Source: Octopus bimaculoides
Taxonomy: Eukaryota
NCBI RefSeq assembly: GCF_001194135.2
Contig: NC_068984.1
Span: 135,437,338 to 135,501,337 of the forward strand
Direction: 5' to 3'
Length of the DNA: 64,000 nucleotides
Shown in pieces: positions 50,230-63,270 of this stretch. The notes under the pieces were generated by a model. That model was not told the DNA's origin. It worked only from the letters and a program-made list of their open reading frames with translations, and ran no database searches. Position numbers and translations under genes: made by a program. How positions within the stretch are numbered: position 1 is the first letter of the stretch; each line of letters begins with the position of its first letter.

Positions 50230-52300
50230 TTGAAACTTAGCGATGCTTTTCGAATTCGAAGCCCCAGTTAGTGAATATGGAATCAGTGACACACATTGTA
50301 CTATCTGATGTTCAGTCAAAAGGTCCCAAAGATGTGTAGTGTCCTACGTACAGATTCCTGTTTTGTAGACACTCTCGAGCTATTCGTTATAACACAGTAA
50401 CTAAATGTTTTTTTTTCTGTCCTTGAAAATTCCCGAATCTGTTTCAAGATCCGCTCAGAAGACATCAGTCAACCAGGTATAACAAAAGCGTGTTCAGCCT
50501 TCCGATTTCTTCGTACGCCCTGTTGTTTTCATAAGTAGTCCAAACGTTTCAATGTTTTATAGACATCATTCTGGGCCATCCCCTATTTAGAAATGCTAAA
50601 ACTCTCGTCCAAACATGCTTTAGTATGTTTGAAAGAGAATTTTGTGTTGCACGCCTGGCTGTGAAACACTTTCGACATTTTGCAGGATGTCGCATATTTT
50701 TAATCTACAACGAATCAACTGTTAACTTTCTCTCGTACTAGCCTCTAGTCCAAAGAGATACTCGCTCCGGGAAATTCGACAATTGAATTTCATATCCCAG
50801 TTTACGACTGACATTCATTGCATCAACCGAATTATCAATTCGCTTACAGATGCACTATCACGCATGCAAATCGATGCTCTTTAGACACAACATCCTGTGG
50901 CTATTGCAAATATAACTAATGATCAGAAAATTGATAACAGTCTATTGCATTTACTAACGAATTAATGTTCTCTTGAATTTCAAAGCCTGCTCTTCATTCA
51001 TCGGAATGACCTATTTCCCATGACGTTTTTACTGAGCACAGGCTTTGATATGCATCCAAAAAAAACATCCAAAAAACATCACTGATCCGTTTGCTTTACA
51101 TACAACTGTCTATCACATTCTGGCACATTGTGAAACAAATTTATTTCATCTTGATTCAGAAGTACAGGAATTAATAGTGATGTCCAATATTGGGTAATGA
51201 ATTGTGTTCTAAAAATCCATCGACACCTCAGATCACCGTTAGGTACATTCACCGCCGAAACTGCTCGATTTGTTTGCGGTATTAGGAAATATTCAAACGA
51301 GACCTTCGAAGACCAAAGTAGCGAAGGATTCCGTGCCATTCATTTACAACATTAACTTACACTTACATAGCTTAAACTTGGAGACAAACATATGACTAGT
51401 GGCAGAGTCTGCCAGGTATCTCGTCATATTAAGACCCCTTAACCACATGTGCATACTTACCTGCATTGACAGGTGCAATTGATTTTATTGTTTCACTGAA
51501 ATCACTGTGGTAGACATAGTCTTAGATGTTGTATAACACTAGTCTTGAAGCTGCCCCTCGTTCCTTCAGAAATTGAACCTCCTTTCGATACTCTCTGGGA
51601 GATCATGGTATGAAGTTCATTTCCATTGCCCCGATTTGGTCGCCAGTGTCATGTATTTAGTTTAAAATGCAGTAACAATAGGGGGTCAGTGGGGGCTCTT
51701 AAAAAATAGACCCCTTTAGGACATTCCCCGGGATGAGGGAAGTTGCTGGTTTCAGTTCATTTCCCTTGCACCAACGGTGTCGGAGGAGTTTACGAACATA
51801 AAACAGTAACGGACAGAGTGCCATTAGAAACATTCATTTAAAGATTGGATTGCTTGTTTTGATACTTCATCTAAAACTACAACGTGAGAGGAAGTGATTT
51901 CGCATGCAAATCACTTGAACTTACAAAATGAACTAAACAGATTTGATTCGCTGTTCCAATAATCGGAAACCTGATGGAAATGTTGTACATCTTCATTGCT
52001 AGTTTATAACAGCTCTTCATGACTATTCTGACTCTTCTAACTGGTGTGAACGTTTATTGATAATTATTCTTGGAACTAGTTCCACAATTAAATGAGGAAT
52101 CAATTGTACTACATCAGAGTAATTAGAGGGGAACACAACATTTCCTTATATAGCCAGCTAAAAGCAATGACATGACTGATTTTCTCCTTTTTATTCCAAA
52201 ATATATTTGCTCGTTTCAACCTCCGACCATGTAAAAACAAAATGGACGTCTCGCTTGAAATTCCACTTGCGACGAGGACACGAGCAAGTACAGACGTCTA
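50230..52300 (+). mobile_element. Decayed Ty3/Gypsy pol (RT end, RNase H, H2C2, integrase) with insertions
   Basis: FSMFEREFCVARLAVKHFRHF; ISQFTTDIH..N...DALSR; GINSDVQYW..C..KIHRHLRSPLGTF; ILTCIDR; NWCERLLIIILG..STIK. The RNaseH-to-integrase order is that of Gypsy. Confidence 0.8.
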
Positions 52301-52769
52301 TATTCATAACGCAAATGAATTCAATGTGCTCTGAGCAATAGAATAGCTATAGAGGAACCGAATGCCCCAGCCATTCTTTCTTAAATCATGGCTTCATACT
52401 AGTGTCCGAATAAAAATGCTTCAGAATTTTACTTTTAATACTTTATCATTGCACACATTGATTTTGCATTTGCGACAGTACCGCAATTTGGATCACCGTT
52501 GTTACGAAACAGATTTTTCCTTTACTCGCATGGAATTCTTTAAAAACAACCTAATAAATATTAAGCAGTTATTTTAAGTAGATACTGTGACACAAGTATC
52601 TTATGTCAATGGAGAGTTCTTTTTAGCGACGTATTCTTAGCAGTGACTGTCAGTAAATTTCTTTTTAGCAGAAATTCACTTCCTGAGATTTACATGGACA
52701 AACGTCCATTCTAACCAAATAAATGAAGCAACGTGTTTTGTGCTTGTTAATAAAAAAAGTGTTCTCTGA

Positions 52770-53180
52770 ATTTTTGAAACCCGTTTATATTTACTTTCGC
52801 GGCAACTGCATGTCAGCAGAAGAGGCTTAATGCTTTCGTCCTTTCTGTTCTCATAATCTCTAATGTTTCATTTTAAATGGATTTTATCATTTATAGTCTT
52901 CAGCAAATTCGTTCTAATAGTTTGCTCCTGGGCAACAATAGTTAGAGTTTCCAGGTTTCCATCGGCCTGTCACAACTGGCGTTCTTTACTTTCAAAATCA
53001 CCATTACGCTGCATTAATTGGCCATGGGGTCAGTTTGTTATCCCAGTTAATGTTCCGTCCGTTATTCTTTCTATCTCTGACATTTTGATCTGTTTCGAGG
53101 ACAACTTTTGATATCTGTGAGCACAGATGAGAATCATTATTCCATATGTTCAACGTAGCAGTGATGATGTCTGTTGCACT
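52770..53180 (-). mobile_element. R4/Dong-type fragment (knuckle region)
   Basis: GNLETLTIVAQEQTIRTNLLK...DESIKPLLLTC resembles ETE..I.AAQDQA.RTN..K...ETI.H..S.C. Confidence 0.6.
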
Positions 53181-54724
53181 TAACATGCCGTATCCATTTC
53201 CTGCCTTCGTAAATAACAAACTGTTGGTATAACTTAATTCAGCGGTGGTTGGCATGGATTTTCAGTACTTACTGAAGTGACAGAAGAAAAATAAAAGAAA
53301 AAGAGGTAGTTTGTTATAAACGTAATAGCTTCCTTTTCTACATTTGCATAAAGTAGCGAAAATGGGAGGCACACTAACTCAGAACCAAACTCTTCCTAAT
53401 TTGTTTCTATAAAAAAATTTGTACGACCCAACGATAAAAAATAATCATGTTATGATTGTCTTCCAACGATTTTATTTTCCTTTCGTTTGCTGTCTTTGCA
53501 CGTTGTTTGTTAGCTACTTGTATTCTTTAAAATCTGTTTGTGTTGATGGGTGTTTTTTTTTCAACTACTTGTGTTTGGTGGCAAGCCACTGTTTATATTT
53601 GTGCTGACACCACTGTGCTGACACCACTGTGCCGAACACCTTTTCATCTTTACAAAATACTGAATAATGTGCTTCTTATATTTGCAGCTTAAATGTTTCT
53701 CATTTCAAAACAAAATTTATAATCTTAGTAGTGGAAATAAAAGTTTATTTGTAGCGCTGAAACGTAGTGCCCACCTGTAGGTATGCAAGAAACTATACAA
53801 ATTTTAATTTGATTTCAAATTGACATTAGACAATACCAATTATAAACCAGCTGTGAATAATTAACAACTCTTTTTATTCTATTTTCATAACTATTGTTCT
53901 AAAACAATGTGAAAGAAATAATAATCATGAAAGACCGACTGAAAATTGGAAATCTAACCTAACATTATGATGGGCATTGTTATAGTATATTTTTGAAGCA
54001 TTCTTGCGAAAATATTTTTACTGCATTTGCGATAATTGCTTATTTAATAATAAATATTTCAATAGTTTTTATTGTTTTGTTTAATATCTTCTTGAATTTT
54101 GCTAAGGATACTCTTAACATAATTGTAAAATTTCATTAATTGTTGTTGCTGTAAACAATTAAGTATATTTGTTGAGGAATTATGAATCAGATTGATTAAC
54201 ATCCGCTACTATTATGTAAACACATGAGTATTCTACAGGCAAGCATTTCAGTTGTATATATTCATTTGAAATCCTCTATAAATTGGTTTCAGCAACAAGA
54301 AACTCATCAGTATATTGGCCACGCATAACAAGGGCAGCCACAGGAACTTTCAGATAGACAGTAGGTGACGTTAGACTTAGAATTGGCTTGAGAGATAAAT
54401 TCCTAAGAACTTCTCATGTAATGACGATATGAATATAGCCCCGCAAAAAAGGAGGAAAATTAGCACTGGACATATTGTAAGTTCCTGAACGATTTAAAAT
54501 ATCTTTGAATATTCAGAATTATTATCAGATATGGAGCTACGACTGATATTATAAAGCCACATATTGATGCTTTCACAATGATGATTATAGTAATAAAAAC
54601 AATAATAATGACAATAATGATAATAATACTTATAATAATAAGTGGTAGTAGTATTTTTGTTGTTATTATTACTATTATCATTATTACTATTATTATTGTT
54701 ATTATTATTACTATTATTATTATT

Positions 54725-55773
54725 TCATAGTCGTAATTTTATAAGCGGTTTTCACTGCATTACCAAGCGCAGCTCAGTGTGCCTTGGGTACGTACTGTCG
54801 ATTGTTGTGGTGCTCTTATTTTCACTATATTGAAAGCATTTTACGTAGGATATGTGCGGTGCATCTACCATGTTTATATTTATTCTAGCGTGTGCCTATA
54901 CCATCTTTTTTCTATTGTCATTCCAAATTGTTGTCATAGCTTCCAGTGTATATAGTTCCCAACTCTGTCGTGTCTGTGAATATATTCCGTCTTAGCCAGG
55001 ATTGAGAAACCGGAGACAATAGGATTTATTGTTCCTTCTCCATCTCCACATCTTCTGAAGCTAGATGTATTTGTTTTCATTATAAGGTTTTGGTAATTTC
55101 CGGTGGGAAGCCTTGTCCTGCAAGTTAAAAATACTTCAATATCTGCTCTGAGTCCTGAGCTTCTCAGCCATTGTTGAGATTTTGCTTTCTCGATTTGTTT
55201 CGCCTTTAGTTTAACCCAATATTTGCCATGAAGGGGCTTTTATTGCCATTGTTTATCATGATCCGTTGCTGTTCCTATTTTAGTTTTGATTTCAGTTGTT
55301 TTACATCTTTTGTAATTTCTTCTTTTTCCTTCTTTTCTGTATTAGCTAGCTTCCTTAAAGACGGATAACAGTCGTTGTTTTCTTCATGTGTTTGGCTATT
55401 TGTATTATCTTTCCTTGCTTCTGAAGTGGGTATTTCTGTAGTCCTGTGGTGGCTATTTGTAAAAGTTTTCTAGCTGTATAAGGCCTCTAACACTTTCGAT
55501 ACGTTGTATACATAATCTTTCTATGTCAGATTTTGGGTGGTGCAACCTAAATCCTGTCAACATTTTTCTTCCTTTCCTGTCCATTTTAAATTCTTCATTC
55601 AGAGTCAGGTTATGAATATTGTAGCTGTGAACTTATAACTAGGACGGCTAGAATGGTGATACATATTACCTTGTATTTCATATTGAACTCTCTTTTCGGT
55701 ATTAATCTGACACGTCCGTAGTATTCCCTTTTTAACTTCTCTTTCATTTTGTGTGTTGTATAGAATCTAGTTC
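54725..55773 (-). mobile_element. 5'-truncated, internally deleted Dong-like retrotransposon flanked on both sides by (TAA)n
   Basis: MKEKLKREYYGRVRL, HHPKSDIERLYV, KPLHGKYW..SQQWLRSSGL and HILRKMLSI*; TTA arrays at 54662-54724 and 55774-55839. Confidence 0.85.
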
Positions 55774-55793
55774 ATTATTATTATTATTATTAA

Positions 55794-55840
<47 letters not shown>

Positions 55841-56084
55841 GCATTAGAATTTCAAAGATAGTCGTTATTTGGCTCAATCGAGGTGTCATTGAGCGGAAAA
55901 ATACTCAAACGCATTTCAACCATCACAATTCATAGTACGATTCATTTCCTTCATAATACATTTAGGATTACACTATGCACCGCTTCCTTCCATTGCAAGA
56001 CAGCTGCTTTATGTTGGTTGCTACGCCAAGCAGATAAATATATTACACTTGAAACGCTCACTCATCCGCTAATAATTCGTTATT

Positions 56085-56400
56085 GATGTTGTTCTTGTTG
56101 TTTTATGCCTGATCAATCTTTACAGAGTAGTTCTATGACCAAAGATAGACCAGACGGAAACACTACAAAGCACAGATGGATTATTCTTCCTTTCACTCAA
56201 TGTGAGGTACGTAGTAAGAACAAATGATTTCCATCTGTCTCGATCTTTGACAATGGATTGCAGTTGTTTCCATTTGAATTCCATCACAGTGAACGCGTCT
56301 CTTTTGTCCGTTTGGAAGGATGTTTAAATGAGCTTTCTATCGTATTAAGTATATCTAAAGTTGCTCTTATATAAGCGTTGCTGGTGGTGATCAAGCTCAT
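56085..56400 (-). mobile_element. Possible RTE-like LINE 3' end
   Basis: KWKQLQSIVKDRDRWK resembles W......A.DR..WR; AAC-rich tail. Confidence 0.4.
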
Positions 56401-57026
56401 ACTTTAATTATTAACTGAGCCGTTTTATACTTATATGCCTTTATCCAAAATACATTTGGCTACAAATGATGCTGCTTCTCTGTTTGTGTTAGATTTGTAA
56501 ACCCTGTTTCCACACAATGCACAATACACAAAAAGTATACATACCGCTATCTTCACTGAAATATTATATATACTACAATATTTCTTATGTCCTTAAATAC
56601 TGAAAATGGAAGCATATATATATATATGTATATATATATTTAAAATGCAGAGATGCCTATAATAGGACATCTACTCGCTAGAAATAGCAGCAAAAGACTA
56701 CATACCACAAAAGTTAGGGATAATTTGTATATATATATNNNNNNNNNNNNNNNNNNNNNNNNNNNNNNNNNNNNNNNNNNNNNNNNNNNNNNNNNNNNNN
56801 NNNNNNNNNNNNNNNNNNNNNNNNNNNNNNNNNNNGTGTGGTGTATGTATGTATATATTTCTGTTCAACTTGATACCAAATTTCAAATTGAAGTGGAGAT
56901 TTTAAATATCAATACTCATTAGACAAGGTGCTACTGTAATAGAACAAAACAGCGTACAGTAAATATTACTATATGTATATATACATACTTGTGCAAGTGT
57001 TCTAACTCCAAGCATTGGTATATGTA

Positions 57027-57106
<80 letters not shown>

Positions 57107-57109
57107 AAG

Positions 57110-57330
57110 AGAGAGACTGTCTGCTTGGACTATGCGATATTGTATACCATTAACGATAATACAATTGCATCTTCTCTTTCGCTTCAAGCTTGTAGACTTG
57201 GATGAATTCAGGCCATCAATGGCTTTCCTTATTCATAAGTCGAAGGTCCTCAATCGTATACGAACGGGGAACCGTGTCATATGCTTTTTATAGCCCAGCC
57301 ATATTGAAACCAGTTTTCCCCTAATACCGT
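57110..57330 (-). mobile_element. R4/Dong-type RT fragment ending in a (CT)n microsatellite
   Basis: KAYDTVP followed downstream by IVQADSLS (RT motifs KAYD.VP and IFQGDSLS). Confidence 0.65.
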
Positions 57331-57789
57331 CGAACTACTGATATTACAGTTTTGTTGATCAACAATGGTTTTAGATGAATACACTTAAATACGATGCATA
57401 TGTTTTGCGTATAAACTACTGCTATTGTATGTCTTTTCATGACTTTTACTTTCAGTTTTATCTTTTCCAGAATTAAAGCGGGTCACCGAATGGCAAGGGC
57501 CATTTCTTTAATTCGAACAACGCTTGGGTGGGGGGATGCTCTGTGGTTGGCTGTATTGGTTGATGTATATTTGTGTATTTCTGTGTGTGTATATACACGA
57601 GTATATATTTTTGATTACTGCTTATGAGTATTTTCTCTTAGTGGTTTCGCGTGTGTATGTAATCGTGTCAACATGTTGAAGCAGGACCTCATATGAGGAA
57701 TTACAGTAATATTTTATAAATTTCAGCTGTTCGTCTGATAGTCTGAACCTGGAAAATGTGAACAGATCGGCTCTATTCCTTTTTCTAGA

Positions 57790-58600
57790 ACCCTTGCAAT
57801 TTCAGTTTACGATGCGCATCACGTTCTTGCGTAGTGCATCGCACCTATCACAGTAGGGATGAAGGAAAATCTGTAGATTATTTACAATCTATGTTTCTCA
57901 TTTTTTTTTCCCATACGTGTTCTCCTGTTCCTCATTTTCTGGAGAGAAATTCACATTTGCTCAGCGACTTATCTATACCATGCTGCACGACTTTTGCTCT
58001 CTGTGTAATCCAACAATATATATCCTGTTATGTTTGAAAGGGATTACAGTGTTTTCAGAACGTCCCATCAGTATCATGTATTTTAAAAAGTGTGGAAATT
58101 TTCTGGTTGTCATGTGCTGTTTCGTATGGCTATCATAACAATTATTCCAGCAGAAAGTATTGCAAACCATTCTATCGACAATGTCGTGTCTCACGGAAAT
58201 GTAATCTTCGGATATAGCTGGACAGATACTGGTTCCATGAGTGATATCTTCAGCACTGGTGAGACACAAACGTCATTTTCTATCTTAGAGTGTAGGTGTA
58301 GAGACACCATTATCTATATGGTTGATCAGATATCTTGTACCTATTTCCAGTTCTTGGGGCAAAGACATAGCTTTGTAGGTGAAATGTGTTGTATTAATAA
58401 CAATTCCAGAACGGGCTACAATTCCTATCAATGCTTTCTCTAACTTGTAGGATATGTACCCAAGGGTAATTTTATGCGGGTATGATGAGTATTTCTTTTA
58501 TATGCTTCTATTTGCTTAGGTCTTTTCCATATGAATCCCTGGTTCATATGGAGAAATTACAATCTCATTGCGATATTATCTTTACTGCTGTACATAATAT
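57790..58600 (-). mobile_element. RLE-type retrotransposon C-terminal fragment (knuckle plus endonuclease)
   Basis: CLTSAEDITHGTSICPAISEDYISVRHDIV and KHNRIYIV resemble C...E.I.HI.S.CP....Y..RHD.V and KHNRPDIV. Confidence 0.75.
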
Positions 58601-58683
58601 GTGTATGGGTGACAGTTTATGTACTTATATACATATATGTGTGCGTATGTGTGTGTCTGTGCGACTGCGGATGTGTGTGTGTG

Positions 58684-58730
<47 letters not shown>

Positions 58731-59212
58731 ATATAAGTGTATGTGCTTGCATGCGTAAGTATCTTTCTGCGTGTAATAATGTGTGTGTAACGCTGTGTCC
58801 TCACTGCTCGCTCTGATTGCAAATCTGGCGACCAGTCATACCAGAACTGTGTTTTTATAGCGTTAATCTTCCGTGAAACTCGGTCGGCCATTGGCTGTTT
58901 GTTTACGAAGGACAAGGAGATGTATATCTAACTCAGAAGCAGGTGATGCTTGGTAATATGAAGAGCACCCATCCGTAGAAAGTAAGTTTATGCTTCAATG
59001 AACACATGCTAGCACATAATATCATGCAGTAGAATCTCTAATACGCACCCTCTCCCTCCCTACAAATGTACCTCTCTCCCTCTCTCTTTCTCTATCTCTC
59101 TTTCTCTATCTCTCTTTCTCTCTCTCTTTCTCTCTCTCTTTCTCTTTCTCTCTCTCTCTCACTCTCTCCGTCTTTCTATATATATATATAGAGAGAGAGA
59201 GAGAGCAAAGGA

Positions 59213-59440
59213 ATGTGTTGCTGAAATGTTCCTGGCTTTGGGTAGATGAAATTACAGGGGGATCAGTTAATTATGATTTTATTCAACATATTCCCCTCTC
59301 AGATTCATGCACTTATTGCAGTAATCATTCATTTTTCTATCAGCTCTGTAAAATAATTCAGAAGGTTTGGTCTCCTACTAAGCGTCCTACTAAGCCTTTC
59401 GCGATATTCTTAGAGCCGGGAACGCTTATCCCCACTCCCT
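59213..59440 (-). mobile_element. Mariner-derived MITE, same family as 6237-6454
   Basis: Shared core cagttaattatgattttattcaacatatt.ccctctcaga; degenerate TIRs gctgaaatgttcctggctt and gagccgggaacgcttatc; TA context. Confidence 0.7.
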
Positions 59441-59726
59441 TATATATATATATATATATATTCAACAGGTGAAATGTATATACTGTCATATATCTATCCA
59501 TCGATATACACATACACACTCACACAGGCACGCACGCACACACACAATCATATATAACGTAGCTCCGATAACGGACAGAGTCAACGGCTATTGAAGAGTT
59601 TGCAAGAAACAGCGAAAACTGGTGAGTATGTTAATTAATGAGGCATTAAAATAGAATGATACTCCTCACACACACATACATACACACACACACTCACACA
59701 CACACACACACACACACACATGTTTT

Positions 59727-59957
59727 GGCGGCGAGCTGGCAGAAGCGTTAGCACGTCGGCGAAATGCTTAGCGGTATTTTATCTGTTGCTACGTTCTGAG
59801 TTCAAATTCCGCCGAGGTTGACTTTGCCTTTCATCCTTTCGGGGTCGATTAAATAAGTACCAGTTACGCACTGGGGTCGATATAATCGACTTAATCCGTA
59901 TGTCTGTCCTTGTTTGTCCCCTCTGTGTGTAGCCCCTTGTGGGTAGTAAAGAAATAA
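59727..59957 (+). mobile_element. tRNA-derived SINE with a Meta-like core (best-preserved copy)
   Basis: A box-like TGGCAGAAGCG, B box GAGTTCAAATTCC, core gttgactttgcctttcatcctttcggggtcgattaaataagtacc. Confidence 0.9.
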
Positions 59958-59970
59958 CACATATATGTAT

Positions 59971-60250
59971 TGACTGTGAGGTAGGAAGCTTCCTTCCCAA
60001 GCACATGGTTCCGCGTTCAGTCCAGCTGCGTTGCATCTTGGGCAAGTGTCATCTACTTTAGCCTCGGGTCGACCAAAGCCTTGTGAGTGGATTGGGTAAG
60101 TGTGAGTCTGTGTGTCTGTGTGTCTGTGTGTCTGCGTGTGTGTGAGCGTGTGTGTATTTGTGTCTGTGTTTGTCTCCCCACCATCGCTTCACAACCGAAG
60201 TCGTAGTGTTTATGTCCTCATAAACTAACGGTTCGGCGCAAGAGACGTTT
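59971..60250 (+). mobile_element. OK-like tRNA-derived SINE, 3'-truncated
   Basis: ggtaggaagcttcc..cacatggttccgcgttcagtcc..tcttgggcaagtgtc; homologous to the reverse complement of 9712-10068. Confidence 0.85.
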
Positions 60251-60459
60251 GAGATGTAAACATCACAGAAACTGCATAGTCAAAGCAAATGAAACACGCT
60301 TATTGTTGAGCAACATCAGATTTATTGCTCCAAATTTGAATGAGAAATTCAAAGTTATCGATTCCATGAACGAAGAGACAAATGGGTCATGAAGATGCTT
60401 CTTTGAGATGGTGCAGTCCCTCTCATGCTCAACTGTGAGTCCCTCTCATGCTCAACTCT

Positions 60460-61015
60460 GGCATGGGGATTTTAGAATTGTTCTTGCATATTGACACAGA
60501 ATTGATTACGCTTTTGCTTGTCATCTGTCATTGTGGCTTGTAGGGTGTCATTAGCAAGCGTTCTCTCAGGTTGCGCCAAACTGATGTTGGAGTAATCAGA
60601 GTTTCCAGGCTTGTTCTTTTTATGGACTTCTTGGGGGTTCGCAAGAGGTTTTGGTGAACCCACTCGACCGTCTTTTCTGATGTCAGTGGCCGTCCAGATC
60701 CTTTTGCGCTGCACAGACACCCCTCCTCTTTAAATGTATGCGCCATGTCCAAATCTGCACTGCTGTTGGTGACTTCTTAGGGAATTCTTTCAAAAACGCA
60801 CGCTGCACAGTCTTGTTCGACTGTGTTCGAGCATACTCCAGCATACAAAACGCCTTTTCTCTTCCAGTGAATGCCATTTCTATACCTGAAAAGATAAACA
60901 TATCAAACATTAAACATAACATTCGGCACTGATTCTACACATTGAAGTCATTTGAACAAGAACTTGCAACGTTATTCGATTGCGAAATTATATGAATTTT
61001 TTTGAAAACACCTTG
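60460..61015 (-). mobile_element. 5' half of a Tc1/mariner element (DUF4817-like HTH transposase N-terminus) with one TIR
   Basis: MAFTGREKAFCMLEYARTQSNKTVQRAF..F.KKSPT..QIW.W and GSGRP.TSE.TVE.V....RTPKKSI.R.SLE; TIR CAAGGTGTTTTCAAAA ending at 61015 next to TA. Confidence 0.85.
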
Positions 61016-62039
61016 TATATATATACATATACTTATCGGCCAATTGCCTTATAAAGAATAAATATACACTGAGAATAAGTAGAATGTGGCAGAGTAGCGT
61101 TATCTGTTCTAAGATGGAGTGTTCGGACGACTAGTAGCGTTTACTGTTCAAATATTGCATGGCCTTGCGTTTGAGTGTATACATATGTGTTAGCGTGTAA
61201 GTTGTAAGTTGTAGTATATTTGTATAACAATTGAAAATCACAATGCACACTTACGGTAAGTTGCTTCATATTGGGAATAATGTCCTACATTTCGTACTAG
61301 CGTTTCAGCCCGATATGCATGTGGGTATCAGAAACCATATGTGAATGTAAATTAGATTTAGTTCCGGAGTGTGCGTGTGTGTGTGTATATAAGGTTCGAA
61401 CGACAGTGCTTATACAAGTTCGTCTGTATGCACATATGATTAAATTGCATCGACATTGTCCTCTTATAGAGTGAACATTCACTGTGAAGAAATTCCATTA
61501 AATATGATAATTGTGAAACCACAAGAAAGAAACCAAATAGGAATGTTACAAATTAAACGATGTTATGGAAAGTAGAGATATGTTTATTGCACAGGGATTA
61601 TGTAGACTAGATTGCAACTGCTAATTGCATACCTTCCGTAATATCAGGTTCTCAGTTGCCAAGTATCATCATAGACAATTACTCTCTTTGATAAAGTTTT
61701 GAAGAGCTTGGCATATTGGTAGAAAATCCATTAATATAGCAATGAATGAGAAAAGTGCATGACGGACTTGAAACACGCATTTCATCTGTAGTGATGGATT
61801 ACAATGGCGTATTTGTAAAGGTGTGTATAATAAATCGTGTCAAATAAATATTGTCAGTTTTACTTTCGGCTCCTGTTTAAGCTTGAACACATCCTTAACA
61901 GCCGACCCGATCGATAGGATATTGATTGGTAGCGATTTAGCAAAAGTCTAAAAAGGTGTCAGCACGAATGAAAGCCCATCGATATCCATTGGGCGAAATA
62001 TGGTAGCCATTAAAATGTTGAATACATTTTGATCCGAAT

Positions 62040-62350
62040 AAAGCTATATTTTATAAGATGGTTTAGGAAAGCATAGCAGTGATCATAAACCAATTTCATA
62101 AGACTGCCATAAATACTTTATGAGCTTTTTAATAACCACAGGCTCGAATAGAAACTCAGCTGTAACAACGACAACATTAGCAGGAATACGGCAGCAAATG
62201 AAATTATTTCTATGGAGTCACATTTATTGCATGGAAATGCAAATGGCGATTTATCAGTAGCGCATTGATAAATTTACGAGTAGATTCGGCAGCAGCCCCA
62301 TCATAGCGTTTGATATCATGAGAAGAGATGGAGCGGAAAAGGTTATAAAA
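62040..62350. promoter_or_regulatory. Candidate enhancer: repeat-free block with clustered homeodomain and POU motifs
   Basis: TCATAAA 62083, GCCATAAA 62106, TTTATGA 62117, TTTATTG 62223, ATGCAAAT 62237, GATTTAT 62248, TTTACGA 62273; motif evidence only. Confidence 0.25.
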
Positions 62351-63104
62351 TACACTCAATTACACCCATGGTTCAGGTTCGTTTCTTCTAAAAGTATTTT
62401 AGTAGTTTGTATATATATCGGCTGCTCACATGCTGGTAGGATACGACACTTTATATCGACTTAATTTCTCCATTGTTAAAGCCATAACTGTCATAATGTC
62501 ACTAGTGATTAATTTTATTTGTTGACGTTATTTCGTGTCTTTGTAACACGCATAATATATATAATAACTAATTATAATAATAAACTTGCCAAGGGACAAC
62601 AAGTATTTGTATATATTATCATAATGTATGATTCTTTTTAATCTCTACATATCATGTATTTATTGTTGCGAAACAAATATGTACAATATTTGTATTATGG
62701 CAATATGGACAACATGTATCACATCACTTACAGTAATATACGAGATGGCAAAACGCTATCCCAAATTCAATTTGCAGTGTATCAAATATTCATGAGAAAT
62801 CATGTAACGATTTAACATTTTGCCACAGAACTCTCAGTCACTTTGTCTGTGTCCCTCTCTCCTCTTTCCCCTCTCCCTCTCTCCCTCTCTCTCTCTCTCT
62901 CTTCTCTCCTTCCCTCGTTCACTGTAAAGATGTGTCATTGAATATTTCTTTACTGGGCATCATATTGCTTAAAACTTAATATTATACAATCTGCATACGC
63001 CTCTTCAATCCATCTCTTATTTACTATATTATGATAATATATGATTGAATTATGTGCTAATGTTTTACAAGACAGGTACAATTTGTGGGTCCGGTAAAAC
63101 GTTT

Positions 63105-63270
63105 GTTTCTCAACGACATGGTTCCGGATTTAGTCGTACTGCGCAGCACCTTCGCCAAGAGTTTTCTACTATAGCCTCGTGTTGATCAAAGCTTTGTGAA
63201 TGGATCTGGTAGACGGATGATATCTATGCTTTTCCCTACTACCGCTTGACAACCGGTTTTAGTGTGTTTG
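63105..63270 (+). mobile_element. Degraded, internally deleted OK-like SINE
   Basis: catggttccggatttagtc..gcagcaccttcgccaag..ctactatagcctcg..tggtagacgga. Confidence 0.7.

Noticed and set aside
51453-51463. ATACTTACCTG, the 5' end of U1 snRNA
   Set aside because: Diverges immediately after 11 nt and coincides with the Gypsy integrase ILTCIDR codons
54280-54330. CUGAUGA...GAAAC on the minus strand
   Set aside because: The intervening bases cannot form stem II; not a hammerhead
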